This document shows positions 6,271-6,272 of a stretch of 6,272 bases of DNA, piece after piece; position 1 is the first letter of the stretch, and every line of letters begins with the position of its first letter. The position numbers were made by a program, and so were the translations under genes. The notes beneath the pieces are model-generated. The model had not been told where the DNA came from, did not search any database, and worked only from the letters and a program-made list of their open reading frames with translations. This DNA comes from a virus (lineage: Duplodnaviria; Heunggongvirae; Uroviricota; Caudoviricetes). The DNA lies in the IMG/VR virus record IMGVR_UViG_2531839195_000008; one strand, written 5' to 3'.

Positions 6271-6272
6271 TG
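6243..6272 (-). CDS. IS3-family OrfA, C-terminal end (5' partial)
   Basis: Frame +1 relative to orfB reads ...QTENKVMSG* with TAA at 6245-6243, giving the orfA/orfB overlap arrangement of IS3-family elements. Only 9 codons are in the window. Confidence 0.45.
   Translation of the reverse strand, partial: QTENKVMSG

Larger units (their letters stand above)
5499..6272 (-). mobile_element. IS3-family insertion sequence, partial (terminus at about 5499, continues beyond the right edge)
   Basis: Contains an IS3-family OrfB transposase with an overlapping OrfA frame. The terminus TGAGGTGTACTGGCAATAGCGGACAC starts with TG and shares the GCAATAG(T/C)GGACAC core at the same offset as the IS3 terminal inverted repeat as I recall it. 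The subgroup is not identified. Confidence 0.85.

Overview
The window is a decayed Mu-like (myovirus-type) contractile-tail gene block on the minus strand, bracketed by two different insertion sequences. Reading left to right: the last 143 bp of an IS1 copy (insB C-terminus plus right inverted repeat, + strand); a 9-bp tandem repeat; a rho-independent terminator; then on the minus strand an orphan lipoprotein gene, a tape-measure gene, a tail-assembly chaperone with a canonical -1 slippery site, a tail tube gene, a tail sheath gene, a small 53-aa ORF coupled to the sheath start, and the 3' fragment of a phage gene cut by an IS3-family element that runs off the right edge. No baseplate or fibre genes follow the tape measure. 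The tube and chaperone genes each have a strong SD plus a TAATG stop/start overlap in a frame that closes after 18 and 13 codons, with the long ORF continuing in the -1 frame after an A/T homopolymer. I read this as 1-nt homopolymer indels (real pseudogenisation or sequencing error). I see no evidence of a novel system beyond an IS-eroded prophage remnant; the uncharacterised lipoprotein is the only real unknown. All calls are from manual translation and recalled family features; no database search was run.
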